A DNA stretch of 62,894 nt, filler included, from Asterionella formosa (taxonomy: Eukaryota), in NCBI GenBank assembly GCA_002256025.1. It is 15 parts of 15 records of this genome, joined end to end, with 100 filler letters (N's around TTAATTAATTAA, not from the genome) between each part and the next. Parts side by side here need not be neighbours in the genome. Positions count along the whole stretch, not along the records: positions 48,564 to 49,907 come from NKIB01002899.1; positions 50,008 to 51,351 come from NKIB01002900.1; positions 51,452 to 52,795 come from NKIB01002901.1; positions 52,896 to 54,238 come from NKIB01002903.1; positions 54,339 to 55,681 come from NKIB01002904.1; positions 55,782 to 57,124 come from NKIB01002905.1; positions 57,225 to 58,567 come from NKIB01002906.1; positions 58,668 to 60,010 come from NKIB01002907.1; 7 more parts are not named here. One strand, given 5' to 3'. The stretch's first letter is position 1. Every line of letters begins with the position of its first letter. Below the pieces are notes generated by a model, which was not told the origin of the DNA, did not search any database, and saw nothing but the letters and a program-made list of their open reading frames with translations. Shown here one piece after another: positions 48,564-61,646 of the stretch. The position numbers were made by a program, and so were the translations under genes.

Positions 48564-48637
48564 AAAACTAAAATTGTAGCTGTCTTTATCTATTTCAAAT
48601 TGTTTATTTAAGCCAAATGACCGCAACTTGCAGGTAC
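48564..48637. mobile_element. MITE family A, right part
   Basis: ...agctgtctttatc...ATGACCGCAACTTGcaggtacc. Confidence 0.7.
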
Positions 48638-49412
48638 CACCCAGTTTCTACCAGGTACCAGGTAGCACTTGATCACATGCTCGATAGGAGCAGGAGTCGT
48701 ACTGGTATTATGCATAATGCCGGCAGGATGAAACGCACCAATATCTATGTTGAAATATATGGCGCTACTCTAGCGCGCTCCAGTACTGCCCTGGAATGAC
48801 CGGTCAAGATCTTTCTCACGCCGCTCGTCTGCAGCTTCTTCTGCTATATAAATCCTGTCTACCGGTATTTCCGTTTAGACATTCCTCAGACTACCTAGTC
48901 TTCGGACACCTGTCGACATCAACAGCCTAACAGACACACTCTGACATATCTACAGTATACCGTAGTCTACCTGATGGCATCATCAGCATATAGACTACCG
49001 GTATGTATGCGCCAGTTACATAACTATCTCCTTTCCATACAACATCTACGGTACATAACTCTGTGTGCACCGGGTATTCCATGAGCTATCTATTATTCTT
49101 TGCGCACGTATAAAACGTGGTCTCTATTTTCATACGGTCGTACACATACCGGAACGCAGTGCGTGCGCATTATTTAATCGGACACTATCATCCAACTTCA
49201 TCCAGGGGGAGCACAAAACAATGTGCACATCTCAAAATAAATACCGGTACATTCTTCACGGTAGGGTATCAACACAAAAAAGAGAACCAGAGATCGAAGC
49301 TGCCTGATGACGCTTGGTCTCAACCAACAATAATAGCATTGTTTCCCTCCTTTCCCATTCACACACACACACACAAAAATATATAAACTGCAGTGTCAGT
49401 GCTACCTGAGTA

Positions 49413-49667
49413 ATGACATTGCAAATTGAGCAGCAGCTACAGAATGCCCAAGCGAGCCTCGATGCAGCAGTTGCGACGGCACGAATAGCAAGTAATGTTC
49501 CTTGTGTAGCTGCAGAGCCATCACAAGCAGATCATGATCCAGAAGATTTGGCTGCTGCCTTTTTCGCAAAACAAGCGAAGAAAGAAGAAATGAATGACAT
49601 AGCTCAGTGGGCAAATCTAATTGTCAAATTGGAAAAGATAAACTATTCATCGGGGATGGATTCATAA
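49413..49667 (+). CDS. Small hypothetical protein
   Basis: 84-aa ATG ORF with helical, protein-like composition downstream of TACCGGTA-rich DNA. Confidence 0.35.
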   Translation: MTLQIEQQLQNAQASLDAAVATARIASNVPCVAAEPSQADHDPEDLAAAFFAKQAKKEEMNDIAQWANLIVKLEKINYSSGMDS

Positions 49668-50007
49668 TTAGTGGAACGAAAAGAAATCTCCTCATGAGGA
49701 ATTGAAAAAACAAAGCTCGGTAATGTTCAAAAATAGACGATACCCAGCTGTTTCGGACTCGATTTCCCCTCTTGCAACCGTTTTTGAAAGAATCTTGGGC
49801 CAGCACTCACCAGAAATTTTGAGGGCATGCCCAATAACAGATAATAACGACAATTTTCCATGAACCAAACCTCAGAATTGGCAAATGAATATTAATCCTC
49901 GGCCATGNNNNNNNNNNNNNNNNNNNNNNNNNNNNNNNNNNNNNNNNNNNNTTAATTAATTAANNNNNNNNNNNNNNNNNNNNNNNNNNNNNNNNNNNNN
50001 NNNNNNN

Positions 50008-50028
50008 TGACCGCAACTTGCTGGTACC
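50008..50028. mobile_element. MITE family A right terminus at contig start
   Basis: TGACCGCAACTTGctggtacc. Confidence 0.65.
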
Positions 50029-50899
50029 AGGGTACTATACAAATTCCGGCACAGAACCTGGTACCAGGTACTAGGGTATGAGGACCAAGTGCGGAGCTAA
50101 TGTATTCGGTTAAATAGAATATTATCATGTTCTACGATACTCTTACTTACGACCTTTTGCAGCATACTGGTTTCTACCTGAAAGTTTTGGTATTCGCTCA
50201 AAATGAAGAATCGAAATTGAGCGAAACTTGTCCTGTGCAGATGCTGGGATTCAGAAGCTGAGGCACTTACCGGTACATTGTTATGTTTTGGCATTCTGAT
50301 TTGAGATTTGGAGGCTGGAAATTGGGGTTTTGTTCAGGTATTTAACTTTGTTGAATTTCTGGTAAGCATTTCTTGCACCCCTGTCATACCTGCAACCATG
50401 GGATGCATCCCTGCCTGAAGATGCTTACCATAAATTCATCCACTTTTTTACAAACTTACATTTTCATCGAAAATAAGCTTTTATACTGCATACGGCTGAT
50501 ACGTAATGAATCAAAATTTGGGCAATAGAATGTCTCTATGATTTTCTCCTTCATAGATGTAGACAATCAAAATGAAAACTCTTAATAGTTGAATACTCCA
50601 TGGCATCACCATGCATTGTCCTCTGGTGATGTTCGCACTGGTGCAGCACTTGGTTACAGCAATGTTGCAATACTCCATCAAAGTTAAGTGATGAATCGGG
50701 ATAGAGAAGTATCCGTTTGTCTGCCCGTGCTTGCATGGATGAAAAAGTTGGTCTTCTGTGAGGAAGTCATCAACTTTGCATGTGTCAGTTTGACAATGAA
50801 TTAGCTGATTGTTGATTGTTGTTGCCAGCAAAATCCACTCACGCTCCCACTTCATCCTTGAATCTCATCTGACAGACAGTTGCATTTGAGATCATGCCA

Positions 50900-51020
50900 T
50901 GGGGAGAACCTTGCAGTTGACTTACAATTTTGGAGAGGTGAAAGGGAAAAAGTGGGGAGAACATTGCTGTTGACTTACAATTCTAGAGAGGAAGAAGGGA
51001 AAAATGTTTTGGAGACATCA
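50900..51020. repeat. Imperfect ~53-bp tandem repeat
   Basis: gttgacttacaattYtRgagaggWR.aagggaaaaa occurs twice. Confidence 0.75.
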
Positions 51021-51672
51021 ACATTGGTGGGCAGCCATGATGCAATTTTGTAGCTGGTGATACTCAGGTAGTAGCTGGCCAACAAGCATGTAAAGCTTTG
51101 TGCCCTCCAGGATATCCTTCATTGTAGAAGTTTAATAAAATGAATGTGGAATCTTCACATGGCTGATCAAAGGGGACGACGAAGAAATAATGGCAGCAGA
51201 TTCAACAGTCGGCCAATCAAACGACAATCAACCTAACAAACATGCTGGAATAAGCAAAACGCAATCCTGCTTGGATTCTCTATGAATCTAGAAGCATTCC
51301 AATAATGTGTGCATCTGCCTCTAATTGACTAGCACTTGTACTAGTAATTAGNNNNNNNNNNNNNNNNNNNNNNNNNNNNNNNNNNNNNNNNNNNNTTAAT
51401 TAATTAANNNNNNNNNNNNNNNNNNNNNNNNNNNNNNNNNNNNNNNNNNNNGTATGCATATAATTAGTCTTTCTCTTGAAATCAGTAACACCCAAAGGTT
51501 GCCATCTCTGTTATTGTTGATGGATAGTATCTGTGAGTGGACTTAGCAAGAGCGAGCACAGGAGATAGCGTTGTCCCGTATCGACCGGATCCGTAGCGAC
51601 ACCCACATCATAATCATTATCGGCATTGTGCAGCATCAAACACACATTTTTGGCCGCCTCGAGTAACGGAAA

Positions 51673-52795
51673 ATGAGCGAACAGGACACGAATAGGACCA
51701 ACGCCTTCAGTGATGGTGGCCGAGAACTTTCTGATGAACACCAAGACAACGAGTCGATAAACACGGAAAGAAACGATGGAAATGGTAGCATTTCGTCTCG
51801 TGTCCAGCATCATGAGCAAGATGATTATGGACAATCTCACGACCAGAACCCTCTGACAAAGGATGACCGCCAGCACGCTTTAGATGGACGAAAGCATTAT
51901 TTCGAGGTTCTGATTCCGTCGGCAAGCGCCTTTCAAAGCTCGAGTGAGCAGAGCCATAGCAAACGACGGGCTCGTAGTCGGAGCTTGTTGGATCCTTACG
52001 GTAGCGAAATCGGAAATGTTGACGACGATTTGCGAGAATCCAAGGTTTCCGCTTCGAGCTCGAGGACGAATCCTTTCGGAAGAATATCTGATTCAGATAA
52101 TTCGGAATTCAATTCATTTGGTCGCGGCGACGAGCGTATCTTTCCAGGTCATCCAGATTATCTTGACCAGAACAAGCAATACAAACCAAATACCTCGTAC
52201 TACAAGCCGTCGCATCACTATGAATCGAACTACCACTATCAGAAACCCGTTACCAAATCATTGATGACTGGGAGGTCTGGAAGGTTAAATTTCCCAATAC
52301 TCCCAGTTGCAACTAAAGTTTTCCGATCGCCGCCACAAGGTTATCAGAAGCGGAGTCAACCTGACGAAGCGGTCCTTGAACGAGGCTTCGACCAAGATGA
52401 ATTGGAAGAGGGTATCGAAAGAAGATTTGTTCACAAACCCAAACTTGCTGTTACTGGAAGAATGTTTGCAGCAGAGCATTCCAGCTTCGAGAGCCCAACC
52501 GTAGCTCGTGGCTACTCCAACGCCTTTGCTGCTTACGAGGACCCCCGTGACTACCCATCCGATGAAGTTGTCGGTGCGAAGTTTGTAAGATATCGTGACG
52601 AATACCCATCTCGCGCAAAACGCTACCACAGTTCTATGGAAGACCGAACTCCTGTTTCATCTCGTTATACGACAAGGAAATATGCCATTGAGTCTGAGGA
52701 AGAAGCTTGGTTACGCAGGCCATTCACGAATATGCAGGACGATAGCCGCTATGGTCGTTCTCAGGCACTTGCATACGATGGAACCAGAATGAACC
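51673..52795 (+). CDS. Disordered hypothetical protein, 3'-partial
   Basis: 374-codon open frame rich in S/D/E/R, CpG-retaining like host genes. Confidence 0.7.
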
Positions 52796-55290
52796 NNNNN
52801 NNNNNNNNNNNNNNNNNNNNNNNNNNNNNNNNNNNNNNNTTAATTAATTAANNNNNNNNNNNNNNNNNNNNNNNNNNNNNNNNNNNNNNNNNNNNTTTTG
52901 AAAGGTGGTGAAGCATCAGGAAACTTGCAAGAAGTCTAAATGTTCATTTGTCACATTCTTTCTATTTAATTAAATAATTACCATATACTAGTAGTACATT
53001 TGCATATACTTTATCACTAGATTGGTGCTCTACCCTGCTTTATATCATTCAGCCAAATACTAGCTATGAGTAACACTCTGGCTATCTATGACCATCATAT
53101 CACCATTGCTTTGTACATATTCGTTAATACAGTATCAGTGTGGTTGTTTTAATACTGCTAGCTATCCTACTACAAGATTTGATTGACAATTTATCAGTAT
53201 AAAGAACAACTGGTAGTATATTTAGTGCAATAACTCATCGACCACTGATGGTACCAGTAGGGCTAAATCCTGTTGTATATGGACATAAAATTTCGTGTGC
53301 ACGTTTACCGTGTATCTCTCATGTACGTACGTAGTTAGTATGTCGTACAGTATTCGAAATGATCAACCAAAGAGGACTACTTAGACTAACATAATCCCGG
53401 CATTTCAAATCTGTGGGGAAAATCATCTACATTTTTCCGTCCAGTTGAGGTAATGAATTTTTGACTACTAACCCTAACTCCTTGCTGACTTCATATTGTC
53501 GCTGCACCACATTGCACCGGATCCTGATAAAAGGTCCTGAAAACACATCATCATCTACGTCACTGGTATATTTTCCACGTAGAAAAAAAGATTCCAGGTG
53601 GAAGCACATGAGGGAACGGAATCTTGATCAAACAATGCGACGACGAGTGTTCGGACCTGCGCCTGCCCATCTAATACGTATGCACAATTCTGTATATAAT
53701 GGTTCATACAGTGGTCCTGTTACAGTGCAGTTTCGTACCTGCGCCTACCCACCTCAATGCACATGCCCGACCCTTTGTAAACTGGGGTTCAAACTGTGGT
53801 CCCCTGGTGTTAAAGTGAGCTCATCTACGTAGTTAGGACTCGGAGTCAAACGAGTCAAACGATTCGAATGAGTCCACTTTGATGTACCAAGCTCTCATCA
53901 ACCACACATTATACTTTGCTACTCCGAATATAATGAGCCGGACAACATAAGCTATTTCGGAAGACCGATAGTTTGAAATGAATGATCATGGTTAAATACC
54001 TATGATCAGTAAGTGTGAGATAGACATGGGTCTATCTATGATTGTATGTTCCTAGAAATGCAAACAGCATTTGGAGAATAGTTCGTTTGTTTTGTTCAAA
54101 CAGAACAACCTAAACTAGATTAGTAAACTCACAATAAGAATATAGAAACGGAAAGAGAAACGAACGTCTCTATCTATAGTCTTCTTTGTCTAACGATATA
54201 GATCTATACAAAAGGTAATACTTTAACACGTTTATAAANNNNNNNNNNNNNNNNNNNNNNNNNNNNNNNNNNNNNNNNNNNNTTAATTAATTAANNNNNN
54301 NNNNNNNNNNNNNNNNNNNNNNNNNNNNNNNNNNNNNNTTGCTTCGCCTGAGAACAAAACCACGTTCGTTTGTTTCGAACTGTGCCTGTGCTCGGTACTT
54401 GTACGAATCCGAACCAATCTGCAGAATAAGGTAAGTTCGTGGTGATGTGGCAAGAATGTACGTAAACGATTATTTGTATCAAAGAAAGAGAGGAACAGAT
54501 TAAAGTTGCCTACTGGTGAAAATACTGACCTACTATGCATAGGCACCAACCAGGTAGTCGGTTTTTAGAAATCCTGCATATAGCGGTACAAGCATACCGT
54601 TGCAATCTACGCACTCTTGGGAATAGGACGAAACAAAAAATTAAACTTGAGATAGCCATCGCAAATGGAGCTTACAAGTTGATTCTGTAAGGACCAATCA
54701 GCAGCCGTCAATCAACGGTAATGACGTAGAGAAGGCATAAATATGACTCTCGAAAATATAGCTGTACATCTGTCCATACATGCAAAAACACATTATAGCG
54801 GGGGCATAATGAACTTCACACCTTTTTTGCAGTTGTTGTTGATAAACCTGAAACCTACCCGGTATGGTGGTTGGTGCATTCATGTACAAATTGATTGCGT
54901 TTCTCAATGTGCCGACCGGCAGATGTCAAATTTCCATAGCACCGTCGCAGAACAACAACGGACAAATAAAATAATAAATAATCTAAGACATTTCCCAGTT
55001 ATTCGATCCATTCTGTTCGTTTGGATTCGATGAAACGAGTTGTGTTCAACGACATTTTGTCCTAAAGTCGAGCAGTCATTACCGGAACTTCTATCGGCTT
55101 CTTGGGTGTTTTTGAGAACTTCATCGGACACAAGGATTGAATCCCTGTTGCTGCCATGGCAACAACAAGTTGCTTTCGTACTTACTACCCATTGACCATG
55201 TAGCAGGACAAAGAACAGTGGAATTAGCTATATGGTACCAGGTACCTGGTAGCAGTAAAGGGTACCAGGTATCTGGTTCTGTTACCGGTG

Positions 55291-55398
55291 GTACCTGCAA
55301 GTTGCGGTAACTTTGCTTTAATTAAAAGTTTTGCTATCTTTATCCGAGATTAAAATGTTAGTTTACGCAAAATGACCGCACCGCAACTTGCTGGTACC
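55291..55398. mobile_element. MITE family A, best-preserved copy
   Basis: ggtacctgCAAGTTGCGGTAA...TGACCGCACCGCAACTTGctggtacc, inside a GGTACC array. Confidence 0.8.
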
Positions 55399-55563
55399 AG
55401 GTACCGGTAATTAGTTGCTGGTCCGTCTTAAACAAGACAGCTATGTGCCAAGTCAGTACCGATTTCTCACACTACTTATGATGAGTTGCATTTCAATTTT
55501 ACCGGACACTTCGACATTTACGTAGGCAAATATGAACAGGCTACATGAACAGGCTACCGTATA

Positions 55564-55646
55564 CTTCATTGTCCTGGACCCCCCAATGTACACTGCCGTG
55601 ACTGAATTTGACTGATTTTACTTAAGGGGGGCCCAGGACAATGAAG
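55564..55646. repeat. 21-bp inverted repeat with 41-bp spacer
   Basis: CTTCATTGTCCTGGACCCCCC / GGGGGGCCCAGGACAATGAAG (one mismatch). Confidence 0.85.
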
Positions 55647-55961
55647 AGATTTCCCTTATAATGGACCTAAGTAAATTTCTTNNNNNNNNNNNNNNNNNNN
55701 NNNNNNNNNNNNNNNNNNNNNNNNNTTAATTAATTAANNNNNNNNNNNNNNNNNNNNNNNNNNNNNNNNNNNNNNNNNNNNAGATACTTCTGTCAGGAGA
55801 TGTTGTGAGGTAGGAGCACTTGAGTACACTTGTGGTGAATCAATGTAATTGAGTTCTGTTGTTGACACGACTCTGAAAACATGTAATTTTGCGTTGAATC
55901 ATTGTTTTTTATGTATATATATATTTTACTTACGCACAGCGTTTGATCTCAGGCATGCGGA

Positions 55962-56061
55962 ACAGGCAAGTTGCGATGAATTTGCTTAAACTAAAAGTTT
56001 AGCTATCTTTATCCCATATTAATTGTTAGTTTAAGCAAAATTACCGCAACTTGCAGGTACC
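55962..56061. mobile_element. MITE family A copy
   Basis: gCAAGTTGCGATGAA...agctatctttatc...TTACCGCAACTTGcaggtacc. Confidence 0.75.
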
Positions 56062-57224
56062 TGGAGTACCGGTACCGGTATCTACAGAAGGGCCGGGCCA
56101 AATGCGAACTGTAAGATACATACAGAATAGATATGTAGTAGGTAGGACAGAAGTATCCTTCCCATTTTTACAATGATGTGCGGCTCTCATAACATCTCTA
56201 CCAGTATACCGATGTATGTATTGTGCATTCCTATACCGGTAGTAGCCCTCATAACCACTTTAACAAACGAGCGCAGCATGTCGTTCATCCAATCAGAGCA
56301 ACATGTAACAGGAGGGCGTTCATTCAGAAAATTAGCACATATCACGATCTGGATTTATGAATCGGAAAGCTTCAGTCCACCTATGTAGTGGTATATATCC
56401 AAACAAATAAAAACGGTTATAGTTTTTTATCTTTCACCATGTTACTGGCACTCCCACTGTCCAATAACAGTCGAATTGAATATTCAAGTTTCTCTGGGGC
56501 CATTTTGACTCCTACAATTTCTCTCGCTCAATTGCCCTATTGAGCAGCTTGCTTTTGTGCATCTCAAAAAGCATACAGATGCCTGGCCCCCCATTTTTGC
56601 TGCCACCACCTCTTCTCAACAAATTATGAAAAATGATCAAACACCAGAAGAACATCGATTTGTCTTTGACTATGGTTTATGCAACTTCAAAGAAGGACCG
56701 CCTGCTGATGGAGAAGACAAAATTGATGGTCAGATCATTTTTGTGCATGGAACCATTAAATATTTGGCATGCAGGTTTAAAATTGATAAAATAACTAAAA
56801 ACAATAATTTTTGAACTGCGCCTTGAATTCTATTATAATGGCTGCAAATTCTTGACTGGCCATCCTCTAAAATACAACCATGAAAAAATGATTGCAGCAA
56901 TTAGAGACATCTAATATTGCAAACATATGACTCCTTGTAAATTAGCTGCTCAACAAATTTTTGGATTGCCAAAGATAATAGAGATAATGTAATATAGGAC
57001 CGCACACCAGAAGTGCAGTCAAGCCAAGAACGCTTGTGGAGGAGGATAAGATTAGTCATTTTATGTATTGTGTTCACCATTTACAATTTAACCAGAATCC
57101 AGATCAAGAATATCCTTCCCCTGANNNNNNNNNNNNNNNNNNNNNNNNNNNNNNNNNNNNNNNNNNNNTTAATTAATTAANNNNNNNNNNNNNNNNNNNN
57201 NNNNNNNNNNNNNNNNNNNNNNNN

Positions 57225-58379
57225 ATCAATTCTTTATCCTTTGTCATCTGGCTCTGGAGGCTGAAACGAAAGTTAAAAAGAGGAAGGCGAAATGGGAGCA
57301 CAAGAGAATGTCATGGCATTCTCATGTCAAGAAGCTGTGTCATGAGGACGCATTTGAAAAGACTTATAGAATGTCCCTTCGAGCCTTTAAGAAGTTGGTT
57401 TACTTACTGGAGAGGGATGTCATTGGAAATTTCTCCAAGTGCGGTACAGCTACTCCCATTTACCCAGAAATTGTGCTGGCCATTGGCATTCGATGGTTGG
57501 CTGGAGGCAGCTACATTGACATTCGTCATGCCTATGGATGTAGCATAGCTTCAATCTATAGATGCCGAGATTTATTTCTTGAAGCCGTGCTTAACTGTGA
57601 TTATCTGAAAATTATATTTCCTAAAACAAGGAGTGATTTGGTGAAATTGGCTATAGCCTTTGAACAAAAGAGCACAGAAGGGTTGATCAGAGGGTGTGTT
57701 GGTGCTATTGATGGTTTTTTAGCCACAATTAGTCGCCCCACGCTACGTGACTGTGGAAACAATCCAGGAGCTTTTTATTCTGGACATTACATGACTTATG
57801 GTATCAATGTTCAGGCTATCTGTGATGTTGAGAGTAGATTTATATTTTTTGGGGTGATTGCTCCTGGACGATACAGTGATCAAGTTGCATTTGAGAGAAC
57901 TGCTCTACCCAACAAAACTGCATTATTTGATTCTGGTTTTTATCTTGTTGGTGATGCAGCATATACATTGTCAGATGTCATGTTAGTTCCATTTGTTGGT
58001 TCTCAGCGTGATGACCAAACACAAGATGCCTATAATTTCTTTCTTTCCCAGCTACGGATTAGGATAGAGATGGCATTTGGTTTGTTACAGACAAAATGGG
58101 CTGTTCTAAAAAGAAACTTAACAACTGGCTTGGAAACAACTGCAACCTGGAAGTGATGAGGCAGATGACATCCAGGAGATTTTAGCTGAAATCACCCCAG
58201 TCTACAATTCTCCACTTGGTTGGGGATATTTGCCAACGGTTGAGAAATTGGATGTAATGCCTGGTACTTCTGTCATTCGAGATGTTATTCTTGAAAGAAT
58301 TGCTAACATGGGTTTGCAAAGACCTCCAGGTAATATTGAAAGAAAAAGGTTGGAATTACATGAATTAAATTTAATGTAG
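57225..58379 (+). mobile_element. PIF/Harbinger (HARBI1-type DDE) transposase, frameshifted near 58145
   Basis: YRMS..AF..L, RWLAGGSY, GCVGAIDG, GINVQAICD, VGDAAY, YNFFLSQLRIRIEMAFG; expected LHN segment missing; C-terminal tail continues in another frame to TAG 58379. Confidence 0.9.
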
Positions 58380-58667
58380 ATTATAATTGATTGTTGAAAA
58401 AAATATTCATTTCAATGTGTCACCTTGAGACAAGAGATTAAAGACCTGATCACGCTTTCTTTTACACAATGCAATTTCTAAACGAGCTTGGACAATGTCA
58501 GAACTTGAAGAGTCATAATCTTTATTTTCGAGTTCTTCCAGTTCCTCCCGCGCAACTCTTAGTCGGANNNNNNNNNNNNNNNNNNNNNNNNNNNNNNNNN
58601 NNNNNNNNNNNTTAATTAATTAANNNNNNNNNNNNNNNNNNNNNNNNNNNNNNNNNNNNNNNNNNNN

Positions 58668-60010
58668 CGGACAGTATCATTGGCGATGCCACTGGCAGTG
58701 CTATTATCGGTGACAATATGGGTAGAAGGTTGGGGATGACCAAGCTCAACAAGAATGGTGCAAATAGCATATGCCTCTTTGCCATTGTGGAATAAAGCAG
58801 CTAATTCAGCCTCAGCAGCACTTGATACAACCTCCTTAAGAATTTGACAGTGGACGTAAATAGCACCGTTAAGAGGAGGGATGGATGTAGTGAGGCTAGG
58901 TGGAGACACGGGTTTACAGCTGAGAAAATGAATGCCGGCAGCGCAGGAGCAACCACATGTTTCAGAGAGATAGGAAGCATTGCTTTCGACATGGAGGACC
59001 ATGTCACTGGCAGTAAAGCGAAGTGTGGCCTCAGGATGCGTGGCACAATAATTGAGAAGGTGAGTAATAGCAGTCAAGGTAGCCAGAGTAGGGGTTGCTT
59101 GTTGTGTAACCAATGTACCAAGGGCCGGCAACATAGTACAATCAATAGCACAGGCATAGTACAATAAAGTACCAAGAATCTCTTGCACACGTGTTTTATC
59201 ATGGAGGTCAAGGACAGGGGTGACATCAGAAACAACAAATTGCTGGCGAGCGCCATAACTAGGTGCAGTCCAGGCATGGGGGGCATGTTGTGGGTGTGTT
59301 GGGGTGGAGTGCGTGAATCGTTGTAGAGCACAAACAATGTAACCAGGCATAGTGAGGTCAACTGTGCGATGTTTGTAGTCCCACGTCAGTGTAAGGCCAA
59401 TGTATCGAGAGACAGTCCAATCAGTTGTGAGTCGGTATTTGGTACGTAAAGTGGTGAGGAGACGGTCCACATCACTACGTTTGGTGTAACGTACACCAAA
59501 ATCATCAACAACAAGCGTAAACATGAGATCACTGGTGGTATCCATCCATAGGCCAGGGGTGACTGGGCAGGGGAGGTAATGATGTGGTAGCAAGAACTGA
59601 GCAAGTTGATCATTGGCAAGTTTACCAGCTTGAGGCAGCCCATACATGCCACGACGGATTTCGGCATAGATGTGCCCATCAATGATTTTTGGAGCTAGGT
59701 TGTAGAGGGTTTGAATGTGTGGGGGAATCATCCATATAGGGATGCGCACGTATTCATACTCGGCAGGTGCAAGATGACTTTCCAGATAAAAATCAGATAA
59801 ATCCAGAGTCATGAAGCGGCCACCGGGGGTACTGATGGTGCTGTTGAACAAACATTTTGCAGTAGTGAGATCAGCAGTCTTGGTGCTGACATTGCCAGTG
59901 TAAATGACACGATCACCCCCAGCAGTCCAACGAACGCGTTGGGGAATGGTTTTTTCAGGGCGATCGGCACACACAATGCGGATGTAAGTGGCGCGTTTGT
60001 GTGAGGGCAT
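58668..60010 (-). mobile_element. Ty1/copia RT-RNase H fragment
   Basis: RVRWTAGGDR, GMYGLPQAG, LVVDDFGV, VVSSAAEAE, TDNSTASG. Confidence 0.92.
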
Positions 60011-60110
60011 NNNNNNNNNNNNNNNNNNNNNNNNNNNNNNNNNNNNNNNNNNNNTTAATTAATTAANNNNNNNNNNNNNNNNNNNNNNNNNNNNNNNNNN
60101 NNNNNNNNNN

Positions 60111-60398
60111 TGAAACTCGGTGAAAATTTCTTGTTTCGCAAATCTTGCACGTGTACTGAAGTTCAAATTTTTCAGACACGACATTCGCAACAGGTTGAGC
60201 CGTCGCAATAGATGGAATACTGCTTCCGAAGCTAGAGGATCCGATGGGTGGAAGTTGCGGAATCCCTCGAACTTCTGAGTCGTCCTCCAACGACTCCTTC
60301 AACAAAGTCACCCTTGTCTTGACGCAGTATGGAACGACAAAGGCACTTACACCATTGCCGATCATCAAGTTTAGAACGAACAGAAATGAGTGATTCAT
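60111..60398 (-). CDS. DNL-type zinc-ribbon (Hep/Zim17-like) protein, probably plastid-targeted, 3'-partial
   Basis: FELQYTCKICETRN.HRVS; signal peptide ending VSA-F. Confidence 0.8.
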
Positions 60399-60644
60399 AT
60401 TTTACCAAGCTAGGAGAAGAAACCCAGCAATGCAAATGGTCGCAATGCTGAAAGTCGTCAATGATATCTAGCAATCCAATGCACCGAGAATAATGCGTTG
60501 CATGCAGAACAGAACAATTGTGAGACCATCGTACCACCATGACGTGATCATTAACTGTCCAAAGTCGTTCTCCATGAGCCTCCCAATTTCGAGACCACGA
60601 AGCAAAGAACACGTAAAAAAGGGCCACAAGCCAAAAAAAAATTC

Positions 60645-60970
60645 CATACCGGTACACATAAATCAACGGGTACCCTCCCAGGTACCAGTACCTACTGGTA
60701 CCATGTACAGAGAGACATACGTCCCCAGCTGTACTTATTTGGTTGGTGGTCAGGAGGTATTTACAAGTACATACGAGATGTGCCAGTAGACTTCCAGGTA
60801 CTCCAACCAGAGGAAGGTCCATCAATCGAGACATTTAGCTTTATCTTTTCGTAAGTAAAAAAGGTGTTCTGCAGTACCGGACCTGGTACCAGGTACCAGG
60901 TACCTGGTAACGTATTCGAGTTGCAGCGTACAAGAACGGCGCCGTACCTGGTACCATGTGTATGCCGGTA
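60645..60970. repeat. GGTACC(W)/TACCGG array
   Basis: Multiple ggtaccaggtacc units upstream of the zinc-ribbon gene. Confidence 0.8.
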
Positions 60971-61646
60971 TACTGTAACATACGATGACAAGAAATGACT
61001 ATATGTTCAAGCATGTCCGTCGATGTATAAACAGTATGTAGACATAAATAACTAGGCCAACTGCATTCATGTCAGTACAAACCGTCTTCTACAGCGCCTT
61101 CCGGACTGTGGTATGATGTGTTTGTCCTCCTCTCGTCCTTCACAATGCATGTCAAGGGAAATACAGTGTACCTGGTACACACACATTCTGCGTACATACT
61201 GTACTACGAAAAAAGGCTGCAACCATCCTCGGTATCATGTACTAAAACGGAAAGGGTGCGTTTTCTTGTTTTGTTTCTAGTAGTACGGCGGTTGTGGTCT
61301 AAAAGAAAAAGTCGTTACCGGGGTATCATCATCGTGTTCTGTCTCGTGAGTTCCTTTTGCTGCCTGATGGACTAACATCAGTTGATGCGCTGAACCTTGA
61401 TAACGCTGGACGAGCCGCACACGCAAGGATATGAGGGAGTTTTATAACTATCNNNNNNNNNNNNNNNNNNNNNNNNNNNNNNNNNNNNNNNNNNNNTTAA
61501 TTAATTAANNNNNNNNNNNNNNNNNNNNNNNNNNNNNNNNNNNNNNNNNNNNATCTTCGTCAGCAGAATAAAATAACCTTGTACCTCGAACAGATTTCTG
61601 GAATTTCTAGTACTTAACCTGTTACCTTTCTTAATCCATACATCAG

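Noticed and set aside
44131..61552. Regular ~1,444-bp spacing of TTAATTAATTAA
   Set aside because: Artificial linkers between length-ordered contigs; ORFs ending XXX-LIN are artefacts.
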